Of a stretch of 64,000 nt of DNA, positions 1 through 11,059 are shown piece after piece. The notes beneath the pieces are model-generated. The model saw only the letters and a list, made by a program, of their open reading frames with translations, did no database searches and was not told where the DNA came from. A program made the position numbers and the translations under genes. Position 1 is the stretch's first letter; every line of letters starts with the position of its first letter. Source of the DNA: Penicillus capitatus (lineage: Eukaryota; Plantae; Chlorophyta); assembly GCA_965649825.1 (NCBI GenBank), contig OZ287696.1, positions 1,097,101-1,161,100 on the forward strand, in the 5' to 3' direction.

Positions 1-346
1 GAGAGCCACTGAGACAAGAACGAAGACACACAAACGCTTGCCGCTTGCCATAGTGCTCGGTCAACACTGCCTCGAGAACTCGAGAAAAAATCAGAGAAAC
101 AAAGAAACACGCAAAGCGACAAATGGCCTTTGATTTATAAGGTCGCCTAGACAAGAATAGCACAATTCTCTGCGTGTTGTGCTGCTAGGCACTGGGGCGT
201 TTTCGTCCATAAGCCATGTGCGTACTGTGCTTAGTGTAGACGAATGTCCTTTGGATGCCACGTGTTTTGCACGGCAGTACAGTCCGAGGCAAACGATGCA
301 ATACTGCATCTCCTTCGACGCGCGAAGAGGTGTGTTAACAGAGCCT

Positions 347-920
347 TCATGAAAAGCGAGTGACGTCTTCGCTCTGCGGATACCGTATTCCGCGCTTAGC
401 GGGCAACAGACCTTGCAAAGAATTCACTCTGTCACTCGGTATGGGTATCATCAAACATTCTTCGGATCGAGAGAGAGATATCTGTTTCAAGTTTTCTGCG
501 TTCGGAACACAGGACAATCCGTGAACCACCTCGCTCTGACATTCATATGTTGCCATGGAGGGAGGTATATTGCAGCAGCTGTTGATGCGATGTAACGATG
601 CAGAATAGCATTTTCTGCGTATCATGCCACCATCTTGCTAGGTCGATTCTACCGTGAATTTTTTTCTGTTCGTTTTGTGATTGTTCGTTTCTTACCGCCG
701 ATTTCTGTTGTCACTCACAACTTGCGTCTCCGCACCGAGTCTTGGCATCTATCGATTGCTTGATTTGGAATCTTCGAACTCTTTATCGTAACTTACGTCG
801 AACTGTGAGATTTATAACGGGTCGGAGGAGAAATCCTGGAACGTCGCTGTCTTTTCCATTGCCAAGACAAGCGGCTCCCTTTGCGAGGAATGTGTGATTG
901 TGCAGAAGACATCTTCCTGA
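347..920 (-). CDS. Possible spliced hypothetical gene; frame and extent unresolved, may continue toward the left edge
   Basis: Minus-strand canonical donors GTAAGT (796) and GTAAGA (695), each with an AG acceptor ~47-48 nt away; ORF 347..625 lies downstream. No family recognised. Confidence 0.3.
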
Positions 921-1650
921 CATCACTGTGTCTATTTATCAATCTGTCAAATCGCGACGCATCTAACACGCCCGGCCCGATTACGCACATGACAGAAAAT
1001 GCATAAGCTCGGCACAGATCACCCAGAAAACACTTTCGACAAGAGTTGTCCAGTGAACGCTAAATTCTGGGACAATTCTTCCTGTGTCGACACACACTAA
1101 ACACTGCGTTCTCCAAAGTTGTACCTTGATATCATGTCATCGATGCGTACAAAAGCCGTATAAGCAATAACGAATCGAAAGCAACAATGAAAGCGACTTC
1201 GATCGATCGCACTTTAGATCTGTCCGATTGTTGTCGAGAGCACTTTTATTCAATCGGGCTTCCTCGATTGTTTTGGTAGTCTGTCGGATTTCGAGTACGC
1301 GCAATCAGATGTTCTTCTCTCTAGTTGATTCGCAGCGAGATCCGATGCGCATCTCTCTTGCTATGCCCAATGAGCGCCGAGAAGTCGTTTTTCCGATCCC
1401 ATTACAACATGTCAACGTACAAGCAAGACTCGGATGCTCATCTCTGCGCATAGAAGGAAAAACATGTCTTTCGAATCAAGCCATCGCTTCAAGGGATTGA
1501 GAGCATCTGCGAACCGTTTGTACACATGCCCACCAGACGCGGGCGGTTTAGAGGACGCGTTATCGCATCAGCGTCCTCTTGTCGTATTTATGACACGCGT
1601 CTCCGATATTGCATTGTCCCTTTGTCTTTTTTGCTGTCTCCGAGAAAACG

Positions 1651-2190
1651 ATGGCGTGCATGGCATGCAAAGCGTGTGTCTGGCTCTACTGGTTTATCCT
1701 TACAGTGCTCACTGGAACCTATGCTGCGTTGAGCCTTGTCACCTTCTTCAACATCTATCGCGCCTATGATGACGAAAACAACGACAGCAACGAGGAACTC
1801 CGTGCCATTCTCGCAGCCACCATCTTCGGCTGCGTCCTCGTCGCCGCATTCGCCGTCTTCAGTTTTCTCATCCTCGTCGGGAAGACTTTGATGGCAACCG
1901 GCGCCGGTTTTGGCTATGGTCTCCTCCTCTCATCTTCCCTCCACATGGCAGTGACCTCCCTACTCTGCGCGCTCGTGATGCACGGATTCGAAGACGCTGT
2001 CAAGGATGAGCTGGAAAAAGTGGAAGACATCGACTGGCAGGGACTCGAAACGAACACCTACGAGGCCACCTGGTCTTTCGCCTATATCTCGGCAGGCGTT
2101 TATCTCGTCTTTTTCATCTGGCTGTTCTTTGCTCCAGGCGCCTTCCGCAAAGAAGAGCGGGAGCGAGACGAAAAAGATGAGGCAGCATGA
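1651..2190 (+). CDS. Intronless ~179-aa four-TM membrane protein, family unknown
   Basis: Clean ORF from ATG 1651 (AAAACGATGG context) with four hydrophobic segments, acidic loops and a charged tail (KEERERDEKDEAA); C/G-ending codons dominate. Confidence 0.75.
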   Translation: MACMACKACVWLYWFILTVLTGTYAALSLVTFFNIYRAYDDENNDSNEELRAILAATIFGCVLVAAFAVFSFLILVGKTLMATGAGFGYGLLLSSSLHMAVTSLLCALVMHGFEDAVKDELEKVEDIDWQGLETNTYEATWSFAYISAGVYLVFFIWLFFAPGAFRKEERERDEKDEAA

Positions 2191-2360
2191 ACATACCGTA
2201 CACGCATCTCTGGAGTTTGGAACAGGTGCATATCGCGGAATCAAGTTGCAATTTTGACAAGCCTTCTTCATATGAGTTGTTGCTGGCTCCAGTCATCTGC
2301 ATCACACATCAATCATTCGCACTCTCATCACAGAAGAGCGATGTTGGCTCTGCGATTCTG

Positions 2361-5300
2361 ATGAACTTTATTAACAACGGAATGGAAGCTGCTTGCGTTC
2401 GAGAAACGTTGTTTATCGATTTCGACGCGCCGACAGCGATTGCTTGGTCCGCGAATGGAAATCTGATCGCCGTCGCCTTTCCGCACCGGGACCAGACCAC
2501 CGCACGTGTCATTCTCCTGGAACCCGACGTTCTGCATGTATTGTCCAGGCGGTACAGGAGACACCCGCCTTTAACGACGCGGTCTTCTGCAGGAACACAC
2601 GGTGCTCGAAGTCCCCCTTCAATCCCCTTCCGACTTCGTCGCCTTCCTGAGCTTCTCTCCTCCACACGCATCTCTGACGCTCATAACGGCGACCAAACAG
2701 GGGAAGATACTGTTGTGGACACCACGTCAGAATTCCCATACCTACCAGCCTGTCGCGCTCAACACCTGGGCTGCTGAGCATGTGATGCTTCCGTGGTTGA
2801 GCAGAGATGTTGATCGATCTGTACGTTACATTAGGTGACAATCGAGACTGGAGAGTTGCTCTTCTGTCGGTTTCTCTCGCCGCCGTCGTCTTTCCAATGG
2901 CCACCAAAAGACCCTCAATACAAACCTGTTGCGCAAGGGGCACCTCTCGAACAGCGTTTCTGTTCAATGGAACATATCGTGATAGACGATCCGGCCTGGC
3001 TCAGGGTCGGCATTCTTCATTTCCTGACCCTGGATAGATCTGGTGCGATGCATGTGCGATGCTTGATGGTTATCTGTATCTTCAGCGTCTCACTCTTGCT
3101 TCTCAGGTGCATCAGAGCGCGTTGGATAAATGGATCGTAACGCAGGGACAGAGTGTGGGCGACGTGCTTCCTGGAGAGCTACGGTGCGCGGACGTCATCG
3201 GTGGACGTGGCTCTTTTCTCACGATGGCCGTCGTTACGGAATCCAATCCGTTCATTGCTGTGCTTTTGGAGATTCGTGGACATCCGAATGGCGCAGATCA
3301 GCTCGAGACGCCTTCTTTCTCGGTGAGATCCTTCGGAGAGCATCGCGAATCCCACGAACAGCCTTTGTGTGTTCGTATCTAAAGATGGAGATGCTGGCTA
3401 CGGTGCGGCCATCGATCGAGCATCCCATCTGCGACGTGCAGTTTCGTCCTGCATCACTGGGCGATGGACTGGTCATTCTACAGAGAAGTTCCGATCGAGT
3501 TGGCGTCTCGAAGCACACGGCCGTCTCACACGATCCCGTTGGCTATACAGGTAGACAATGCATTCGTCAATGACTGCGCCTGCAATTCTGTTGCTGTGAT
3601 TGTAGAAGCCAAAAGACTGATCCTGAATCTCGACAGCATCGATTCTGCGAACGTCGAGAAGATTTCGATGGTTCTGTCCACAGACAACACCTGTGTTGGG
3701 CTGTGGGTGCCGGGGACAGCGCTATCGCTCATTTCGTTACACTCAATGTCGATCACAGATCGACTCGATCGGGGAAACGCATCCTCCTGTCTTGCGGGTG
3801 TTTTCAGTCCAAACGGCGTCTGCTTTGCCGGAATCTTTCAAGCAGAAGGACGGCTGTCCCTAGAGATTTGGAGCCTGCCTGAGGCCTCCATCGGTTCCAA
3901 TGGCGTTTTCGAGAATCTGAAATCATTCTGTCTGTGGGACTGCATGCGTGCCGTCTGGGCACTGCTCACACATGCCGATCCATGGGATATCAGCCAACGT
4001 ATCCAGAGGCATGCCCAGGCACTTCCGGAATCTCTGGCATACTTTTCTCTCTTCTACTTGGACGGAATGCTTCACCGCCATCCACACTTCAGTCGTCCCC
4101 AGTACGCCGATCTGCTCGACAGAATCAAGATTCGAGTCTTTCTCGAGAGTCGAGATCCAACGATTCAAGTCGAATGTCCCCTATTGGTAGATGCGCTCGA
4201 GGTGCTGCTCTTCTGCAGGTCGTGCTGATGGACTTATATTCAAGGCGCATGATTTTCAATCTCTATCACGCCTTCGCCTCGACATTGCTGTCCAACTCTC
4301 AGGCGGCGCACATCAAAATCTCTTTGGAAGAATGGACAGAGGGAGACAAAGAGAGCTGCAGGAGGTGGATGCACTGGATCGAGGAATTCTTTCGGCTTCT
4401 TTGCACAGTGAGGCTTGCCTTTCCTCCGGTACAAGATAGGGATACCGTTTGGCGCGTAGTGTGTCAAGACATGGTGTGTCCGAAACATCAATGCTGCCGA
4501 GAAGACAGCAGATGACGTTCCTTTCGTTCGTCTCCTCTGCGATTCGCATTTCATAAAGCGTCTCTGCACACTCCTGTACTGTTTTTGCGAATTCTCAAAA
4601 CTAAGTCTGTCATCATCGCAGTCCAATGGTCTGCTCCCTCTTCGAGATCTGGATGTCAATGGACGTCTATTTGTCTGTCTTAGAGAAGCACAAGTTCTTC
4701 AAGGATACCTGTTGCGATACCGTCAGCCAGATTCACCTTGTTGTAAAGAAGGCCAACAAACATGGGAGCATCAAGGATCAAGAATCGTGTGAAGGCGTCG
4801 AAGCTTTTAGGGACTTGGTCAGTCAGACCAGGAAGACATGTGGAGGACCAGTTCATCTGCACTATGCTCGATTGGATGGGCCCATCACAGAGGAGGTCAA
4901 CGAACAGTAGATTCGCAATCAATGATGCAGAACTGTGCAGGTCCTCCGAACGCTTCATCATCAAATCCCGATGATTCGTGAATCGACGCCATGGGATCAG
5001 ACGGCGATCGAGACGAAGGCCAGAGAATTGGGACTTCTGCCGGATCGAGCCTTGAAGGGACTGCTCTTGATGAAAGAGAAGGAAAAACGACATCCGTTCC
5101 AAATGTCGCCAAAACGCTACATACCGTACAGCGAGCGACATGAACATCATCTCTGCACCGCATCCATGTGTTTGTTTGTAGTAAGCGATTGCCTCTTTTC
5201 GATTGCATGAAGGGGAAGCCATTTACTGAGAACCGACACATTTTCTACGCAGGAGATCAGTCTTGCATCGCCGGCTTTGGCACTGTCATCAAGGTATCGG

Positions 5301-5467
5301 GTGCAGTTGACATGCGCAGCGTTTCATGTCGGTATTGGATACAGGAGGACAACCCGGAAACAAGTCGATTGGATCTGACACTCCTTAAACAGTGCACCGC
5401 ACGTTCTCCTTTCACTGGATGCATGTGGAAAAAGCTGCATGCGTTCGACGACCCTGATCGATTGTAG
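2361..5467 (+). CDS. MED16: Mediator subunit 16 (SFR6-like), multi-exon
   Basis: N-terminal AIAWSANGNLIAVA and SPSDFVAFLSFSP..LITATKQGKILLWT..NTWAAEH resemble plant SFR6 (SPRDSVQFIEWSP..LLIANFHGRITIWT..SWQCEHEW). The C-terminus (SPFTGCMWKKL) resembles the CPxCGGxW end. ORFs 2187, 2602, 3464, 4626, 4935 and 5168 link through short introns. Confidence 0.7.
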
Positions 5468-5577
5468 GCCATTGGATCGGTATACGAGTAAAGACAATGC
5501 ATCTCCAGCGTTTTCTGTTTGTATTCTTTTGGCCACTGAGCGATGGACCTCTCGAAGTAATCGTACGAATCCTCATT

Positions 5578-5982
5578 TCATCGATCTGCGAAAAAGAATG
5601 AAGATTCAAAGATGATATGTTCGATGGAAATGTGTAGAATGGTCTGTTTTTATGGAACAGATTTTTGAGGGTCAAAGGTTAAATGCTGAATACGTCTCCA
5701 TCCGTTTCAAGCGTCGTGATTGCGAGGCAATGACAAGGACTTGTTCCGTCGGTGTCCTTTTCTAATTGCCATCTTGCAACTCAGAACACAGTTAGTTGTG
5801 CTTTTCATAAAGGACAGTTCGATGTGCTGCTCTGAGTTTTCAGAAGTTGATGAGTATTTACCGTATCCTCTTAGAATCATCTGAGCGTCGGAGTCTGCCC
5901 TGCTTTCAAAAAGTTTCATCGATCGAGACACATAATGCGGTATCGACTCGAAGCCTCCGCATTCATAACGTCGATCGGTCAT
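5578..5982 (-). CDS. Possible small spliced hypothetical gene (~90 aa)
   Basis: ATG 5982; a GTAAAT intron ending CTAAC..AG (82 nt) and a 50-nt GTATTC..ACAG intron give an open frame to TGA 5578. No homology recognised. Confidence 0.25.
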
Positions 5983-6368
5983 CGAAAACAGATAGATACC
6001 TCTGATCGCATCGCATCGATTGTCCTACGATCTTGTATCGACATTCACTCTAGGATTGGGCGCTTTCGATCGCAACGTATTTCCTAAAAAGACGCTCATT
6101 CCGGCACAGAAGGTCGCCGATCGGAGTCATCCTCCGACGTCAAAATGAAATGTGCGCATCGCAATGCAGCAATTGTCGCGTCCTTCTCTTCACACGATGT
6201 CCATGATGTCACAGCAAAGACGATAGAAAGCCGTTTAGCAGCATCTCCCTATGCACGGGGTGCCTCATCTTGGCCAACAGGCTCTGCATGGATGGATGAT
6301 GGTCATGTGTGTTGAGATACGGGATCTCAGAAACGTCGATCATAATCGGGGTGTTATCATCGTGCGAG

Positions 6369-7408
6369 ATGCCGTTATTGCGTGCCATGTCGATGATTGC
6401 TCTGCGAACGCCTTTCGTCCGAACGCGAATCGACGCGGCCTCGCGTCGCGGAATCGCGAGAGCGACGGCGCATGACCGTTTGCTTTACTGGGGGTCGGGA
6501 TCTGTCTACTGCTGGCGAGCGATGATCGTCTTGGAAGAAAAGGGGCTTCCGTACGAGGGCAAACTTCTCGAATTTTCAAAGAGTCGCATCCTTCTCCCCA
6601 TCTCTGTCACAGACAGCATGTTGTAAAATCTAGAGGAGCACAAATCACCAGAGGTCATGGCGTTGAATCCGAGAGGACAACTTCCAACGTTTAAAGATGG
6701 AGATGTCGTGCTGAACGAATCGGGTGCCATCGTCATGTACTTGGAGAACCAGTATCCTGAAAAACCGCTTCTCCCGTCGACTCCGGTCGAAAAAGCAAAA
6801 GTCGTCGTTGTACGCACATCCCCTATCCTTCGACGGATGCTCGGCTTAGGTGTTACAGCGATGCTTCGAAGCCATCGTAACAGACATGAAGCAACGAAAC
6901 TACACTTATTCCATGGTAGGGTATCGATCTGTTAACCAGAAGGAAGCATCCGAATCGTGTCACAGAGGAAGGAACTGGAGAATCAACATGCGCAGCAGCA
7001 GATCGAAGAAATCAAGGTATGGTCGACCGACTGGAGCATCAGATCGGCACTGCGTGCCTCCAGGCAGAGATGGCCCTGTGGGATGCATATCTGGGTGCGC
7101 AGAGATACGCAGCAACAGACGCATTCACTCTCGCAGGTACTGCTCCTTGGCAACTGTATCTTTCTGCAAGTGCCACGTTTTGCCAGATGCGATGTTGGCG
7201 CCGATGCTCTTGATTCTGGCAAGGTTTGGAATGACATTCAAAGACTATCCTAACGTAAAAAAGTACTGCGAGATGATACGGGCAAGCACGGATCTCGCTT
7301 GTTCGTCCCTGAGCTGTGTGTGTTCAGGACTATCCATCTGTGACGAAGACCTCTCCCCCACACTGGGTTGGCGCCGAACCTGCATACTCGTTCATGAATT
7401 TTCTGTAG
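6369..7408 (+). CDS. Glutathione S-transferase, rho-like class, with N-terminal extension
   Basis: LYWGSGSVYCWRAMIVLEEKGL..EHKSPEVMALNPRGQLPTFKDGDVVLNES; C-terminal FTLAD-type motif and PPHW..; 51-nt intron 6583-6633; stop TAG 7406-7408. Start codon uncertain. Confidence 0.85.
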
Positions 7409-7922
7409 TCTTGGATATTCTTTCTTCGATTTGAATGACACTCGGCAAGAGATGCCATTGGAGTGGCAGTAGTATACAATGAAACTTCTTTGTGGTTCTC
7501 TGAGTCCTGCATGTTTAAAGCGAGTCGATCGAACACACCTCTAGCAACCTGGACTGGGATGCATAAGGGACGTCTTATACTGCGTTTTCGACGCGTTCGT
7601 TATCGCGAGCTATATCGTCTACTGTGCCTGTACAGTCGTAACAAATGAGATGCCCTAAACAGCTTAACAGGTGTCTGTACATTTGCCACCAATGAGATGG
7701 CCTAAACAGAGAATCCCTCTTTTTATTAAACAGAACGGGACAGAATGCAATCGAATCAGCACTACATCATCAAGGTTATAAAATCTAGTTTGTCAAGTCC
7801 AGAATTTTTAAATGCCCAAAAGATATGCAAAAACGCCATATAATTATTCGTCCAGAGGTAATTGATAGTATCGCCCAACAACTGAAATGCACGCGATCGG
7901 CTTGATAAAAGGCTGTCTGCTG

Positions 7923-8148
7923 ATGTCAGATCGAAAATTATATGCTGCTGGAGGCTTCATCTCAGGTAAGTCGTCTTCGTCACAAACGGTCGAATGTCAG
8001 ATCAGAAATGTTGTATGCTGCTGGAGGCTGCTGGAGGCTTCATCTCAGGTAAGTCGTCTTCGTCACAAACGGTCGAATGTCAGATCAGAAATGTTGTATG
8101 CTGCTGGAGGCTGCTGGAGGCTGCTGGAGGCTTCATCTCAGGTAAGTC
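7923..8148. repeat. Nested tandem repeat: three units of a 73-nt core carrying 1, 2 and 3 copies of GCTGCTGGAG
   Basis: Units start at TATG 7941, 8014 and 8097 (periods 73 and 83). Core CTTCATCTCAGGTAAGTCGTCTTCGTCACAAACGGTCGAATGTCAGATCAGAAATGTTG is identical in units 1 and 2. Confidence 0.95.
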
Positions 8149-8239
8149 ATCTTGTCATAGCTGTTGGATATCGGATCGAATAGGTTGTCTGCTGCTGGAG
8201 GCTGCTGCTGGCTTCGTCATTAGATATTGGACGCTCGAT

Positions 8240-8620
8240 CGCAGGTCTTGGTCTTCATCGCACGCTCTCGGATGTTCGATCGAATGGTTGATCGTCTTCT
8301 CTATCGCATGTCCTGGTCTTCATCATAGCCCTCGGATGTCCGATCTGATAGGTAGTCGTCTTCATCGCACGCTCTCGGATGTCCGATCTGATGGGCAGTG
8401 GTCTTCATCGATGGCTCTCAGATGTTCGATCTGATGGGCAGTGGTCTTCGTAGCAGGCTGTCGTCTTCATCGATGGGCTGTCGAACTTCGGATCATAGAT
8501 CATCGGCTGCCGAGTGCTTCATCATCGGTCGTCGTCTTTATCGATGGGCTCTCGGATGTCGGATCGTAGGATGTCTGCTGCCAGATGCTTTATCGTAGGT
8601 TGTCGGATGTCGGCTTCGTC
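8240..8620. repeat. Degenerate ~42-43-nt minisatellite, about 8 copies
   Basis: Recurring GTCTTCATCG(CAC/ATG)GCTCTCGGATGT(T/C)CGATCTGATGG at ~8251, 8316, 8358, 8401, 8463 and 8533. Confidence 0.85.
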
Positions 8621-9220
8621 ATGTGTCGTCTCTTGTTAACACAGCTGATCATGAGAGAACCTACAGTAATTCTCTTCAACGACGCCCTTTTTGGCCAGCA
8701 TAATGAGATTGCTTCCTCGGCACATTTCTCCAGGTCTTTCAGAGCTTCACAGAATTCACCGGCTGTTGAACTAAGACTCTGACCTTGTAAGACATCTTTT
8801 CTTGATGGGCAACACTTGTGCCAATAGACCAGCTGTTAACGTAACTGAAAACCTTTGCATCGGCTGGTTTGGATTATGCTGAGCAGAGATCAATCGATGA
8901 ACTGATCTCTACAGGCGATGCAGTGATGCTGATCGAGACAGTCATCTGTGTTGACTTCTGTCCGTATCAAATCTCGGTGACCAGCCAAATCCTCTCAAAC
9001 GGTAATTTATTGATCTTCCACGACAAGACTTCACACATCAATTCTCCACAGTGTCCTCCACAAAGATCCGAATCTTCTGGCCTGTCTGGAACATCGCATT
9101 CAGCTTTTTTGCATTCTAAGGTTCCATACCTTTGGCATTATATATCAGGGGAAGAACAGCTGCTTCGCATTTACGGAAGACGACTCGCGTAGTCACGTTG
9201 CTCCAGGCTTGGATAGTTAT

Positions 9221-9433
9221 GCCATGTGCAGGACTGCGCCGATCTGCATCAAGGCAGATCGACGGCAGTCTCATGCACATGGCAGTAGCTATGGCCTCTT
9301 GAGCCGCCTCCATGTGCAGGACTGCGCCGATCTGCATCGAGGCAGATCGACGGCAGTCTCATGCACATGGAGTAGCTACGTACAGGTCTGCCGTCGATCT
9401 GCATCGAGGCAGATCGGCGACAGACTCATGTAC
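9221..9433. repeat. Three tandem ~55-65-nt palindromic (hairpin) units
   Basis: 9221-9283 GCCATGTGCA..GATCTGC-atcaag-GCAGATC..TGCACATGGC; 9308-9372 CTCCATGTGCA..TGCACATGGAG; 9380-9433 GTACA..GATCTGC-atcgag-GCAGATC..TGTAC. Units 1 and 2 are each followed by AGTAGCTA. Confidence 0.92.
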
Positions 9434-9539
9434 ACGCCGCATGTTGCCCATGGGCTGACGTCTGCATGCTTCATGCGTCTTCTCTGACCTTTTCGGCCGC
9501 TCCAGATCCGTCCTGCGTCGCACGCTGGACTCGCTCTCT

Positions 9540-10900
9540 ACTCCGGAGACTGCATCCTACGTCCTGCGCACAGAGTGAGGAGAGGGATCCCTGGCAGAAT
9601 GGATGGACACCTCTTGGCAAACCTCTTCGGTTGCTTGTGTTTTGGCTTCCTGGCAGCTCGAGGTGCGGCTCTGCCGCGCCTTCTCGTCTTCTTTGTCTGC
9701 TTCGGCTCTCTGGCAGCCTTCAGCGATCTCTTGCGGCATCAATCGCGCTTCAGTCGTACCACCTGCTGGTAGGCGACATTCATCTTCTTGGCGATGTCCC
9801 TGCACTTCTTCCAGTTGAGCGGATCCACGTCGTCCATCAGCTCCTGGAGTGTCAGCCACTTGGACGTCGTCATCGTCTTGGGCTCAACCAGTTGCCGATG
9901 ATGCACGACGCCTCCGACACCGCTGCAGCCGGAAAGCAGGACTTCATCTTTAGCTGACGGTGCTGCGAGAACACGAACTCTAGTTGCATCCAGTACTCTT
10001 CGAGGCCCCCCGCTGTGTCGAGGCCGCATCGAACGTGCCGCCTTGGGGTCGGATCCGATCCTTCGACTGCTTCGGGCTCCTCGATGATGCCTAGAAACGC
10101 AGTTCTGTAGACTGTCCTTCGTCTACGGAGGCACAGAGAGAACCTGTTTCGTGTGCGATGAACCTCGAGGATTCCAGCAGCCGGCAGAGGAGGTCCAGCA
10201 GATCCGCCAGCCGGTTGCGGGACAGCCCATCGACGAGGAGCTCGAGGTCCTCCGGCGGCACCAGGTCTAAGCCGATCGCGGCGGGCGATGGACTCGATCC
10301 CTACCGACTCCTTGCTCGTTCCCACCACCTGGAGGTAGAGGTCGACCGGGAACGAGTCTCTGAAGCTGCCGGGTCTCGAGCTTCTTCCCAGGACGCTGGG
10401 AAAGCACGACCCGGCTGCACAGGTGCTTCTACCCTACGGCGCCGCAAAGCCGCCGGCCTTCCAGTTCTACCAGACACACCCCCAAGTGAAACCAATCCAG
10501 ACTATCATGCATGCACATACCTTGGTGACGCCGACCGGGAAGGAGTCCCCGAGCTGCCGAGGGGTGAAGGGTAGTCCCACCGCGAACAGTGGACGTGCTC
10601 CGTCGACCCCTCCTCCACAGACACCGCTTCTCTCTTGGCCACGGTTGTGTGTCTGTCGAAGAGGTAGGTCTTGAACTCGGCCGAGACGGAGTCACTGAAG
10701 CCGCTGGCCCTCGAGCTTCTTCCCATGACGCTGGGAAAGCACGACTCGGCGGCGCAGGTGCTTCCCTCCGGCGGCGCAAAGCGCCGGCGTTCCAGTTGCT
10801 GCCAGACACACCCCCATGTAAGACCGAACCAGAGTGGGAGAGCACGTACCTTGGTGTCGAAGAGGATTTCTTGTGGTTGGAGGACCGCACCCGAAGAAAG
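9540..10900 (-). pseudogene. GTF3C1: Decayed internal fragment of the TFIIIC B-block-binding subunit (GTF3C1/tau138-like)
   Basis: Manual reconstruction: FPVDLYLQVVGTSK/AIGLDLVPPEDLELLVDGLSRNRLADLLDLLCRLL/[53-nt intron]/IIEEP..GLEEYWMQLEFVFSQHRQLKMKSCFPAAAVSE..NWLSP/KTMTTSKWLTLQELMDDVDPLNWKKCRDIAKKMNVAYQQVVRLKRD*CRKR. This follows the plant TFIIIC B-block subunit (VELFLEVVGST..RLSMLIDILRRL..VDEYWLTLEYCY..AFPGSVVQEV..W..RVMT..KECEKIAKDLNL). At least two frameshifts and in-frame TAG and TGA. Confidence 0.75.
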
Positions 10901-11059
10901 TTGTCTTCGGGGGGTCTTTGAGTGCGCGCTTCGGAAATCGGCGCACAGTTTGGAAAAGCAGAAATGCGAAAACTGCTATGGCGCCTCGCGTTTTATGGTC
11001 GAGGATGTGACAGCTGCAACAAATTCGACCGCGGTTAGCCAATCACAATGCGCGATTCT

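Noticed and set aside
7500-7900. Helitron 3' end, TIR or telomeric seed at the left edge of the island
   Set aside because: There is a CTAG at 7541 and a short direct repeat AATGAGATG(C/G)CCTAAACAG, but no convincing GC-rich hairpin, no inverted match near 12250, and only one CCCTAAA.
9221-9433. CRISPR-like repeat-spacer array
   Set aside because: Units are ~60 nt, spacers are short, unequal and share AGTAGCTA, there are no cas genes, and the context is eukaryotic.
9730-9750. In-frame TGA before Cys (D-U-C) as selenocysteine, given SBP2 in the window
   Set aside because: It lies in a fragment with independent frameshifts and a TAG; TGG-to-TGA is simpler, and no SECIS was identified.
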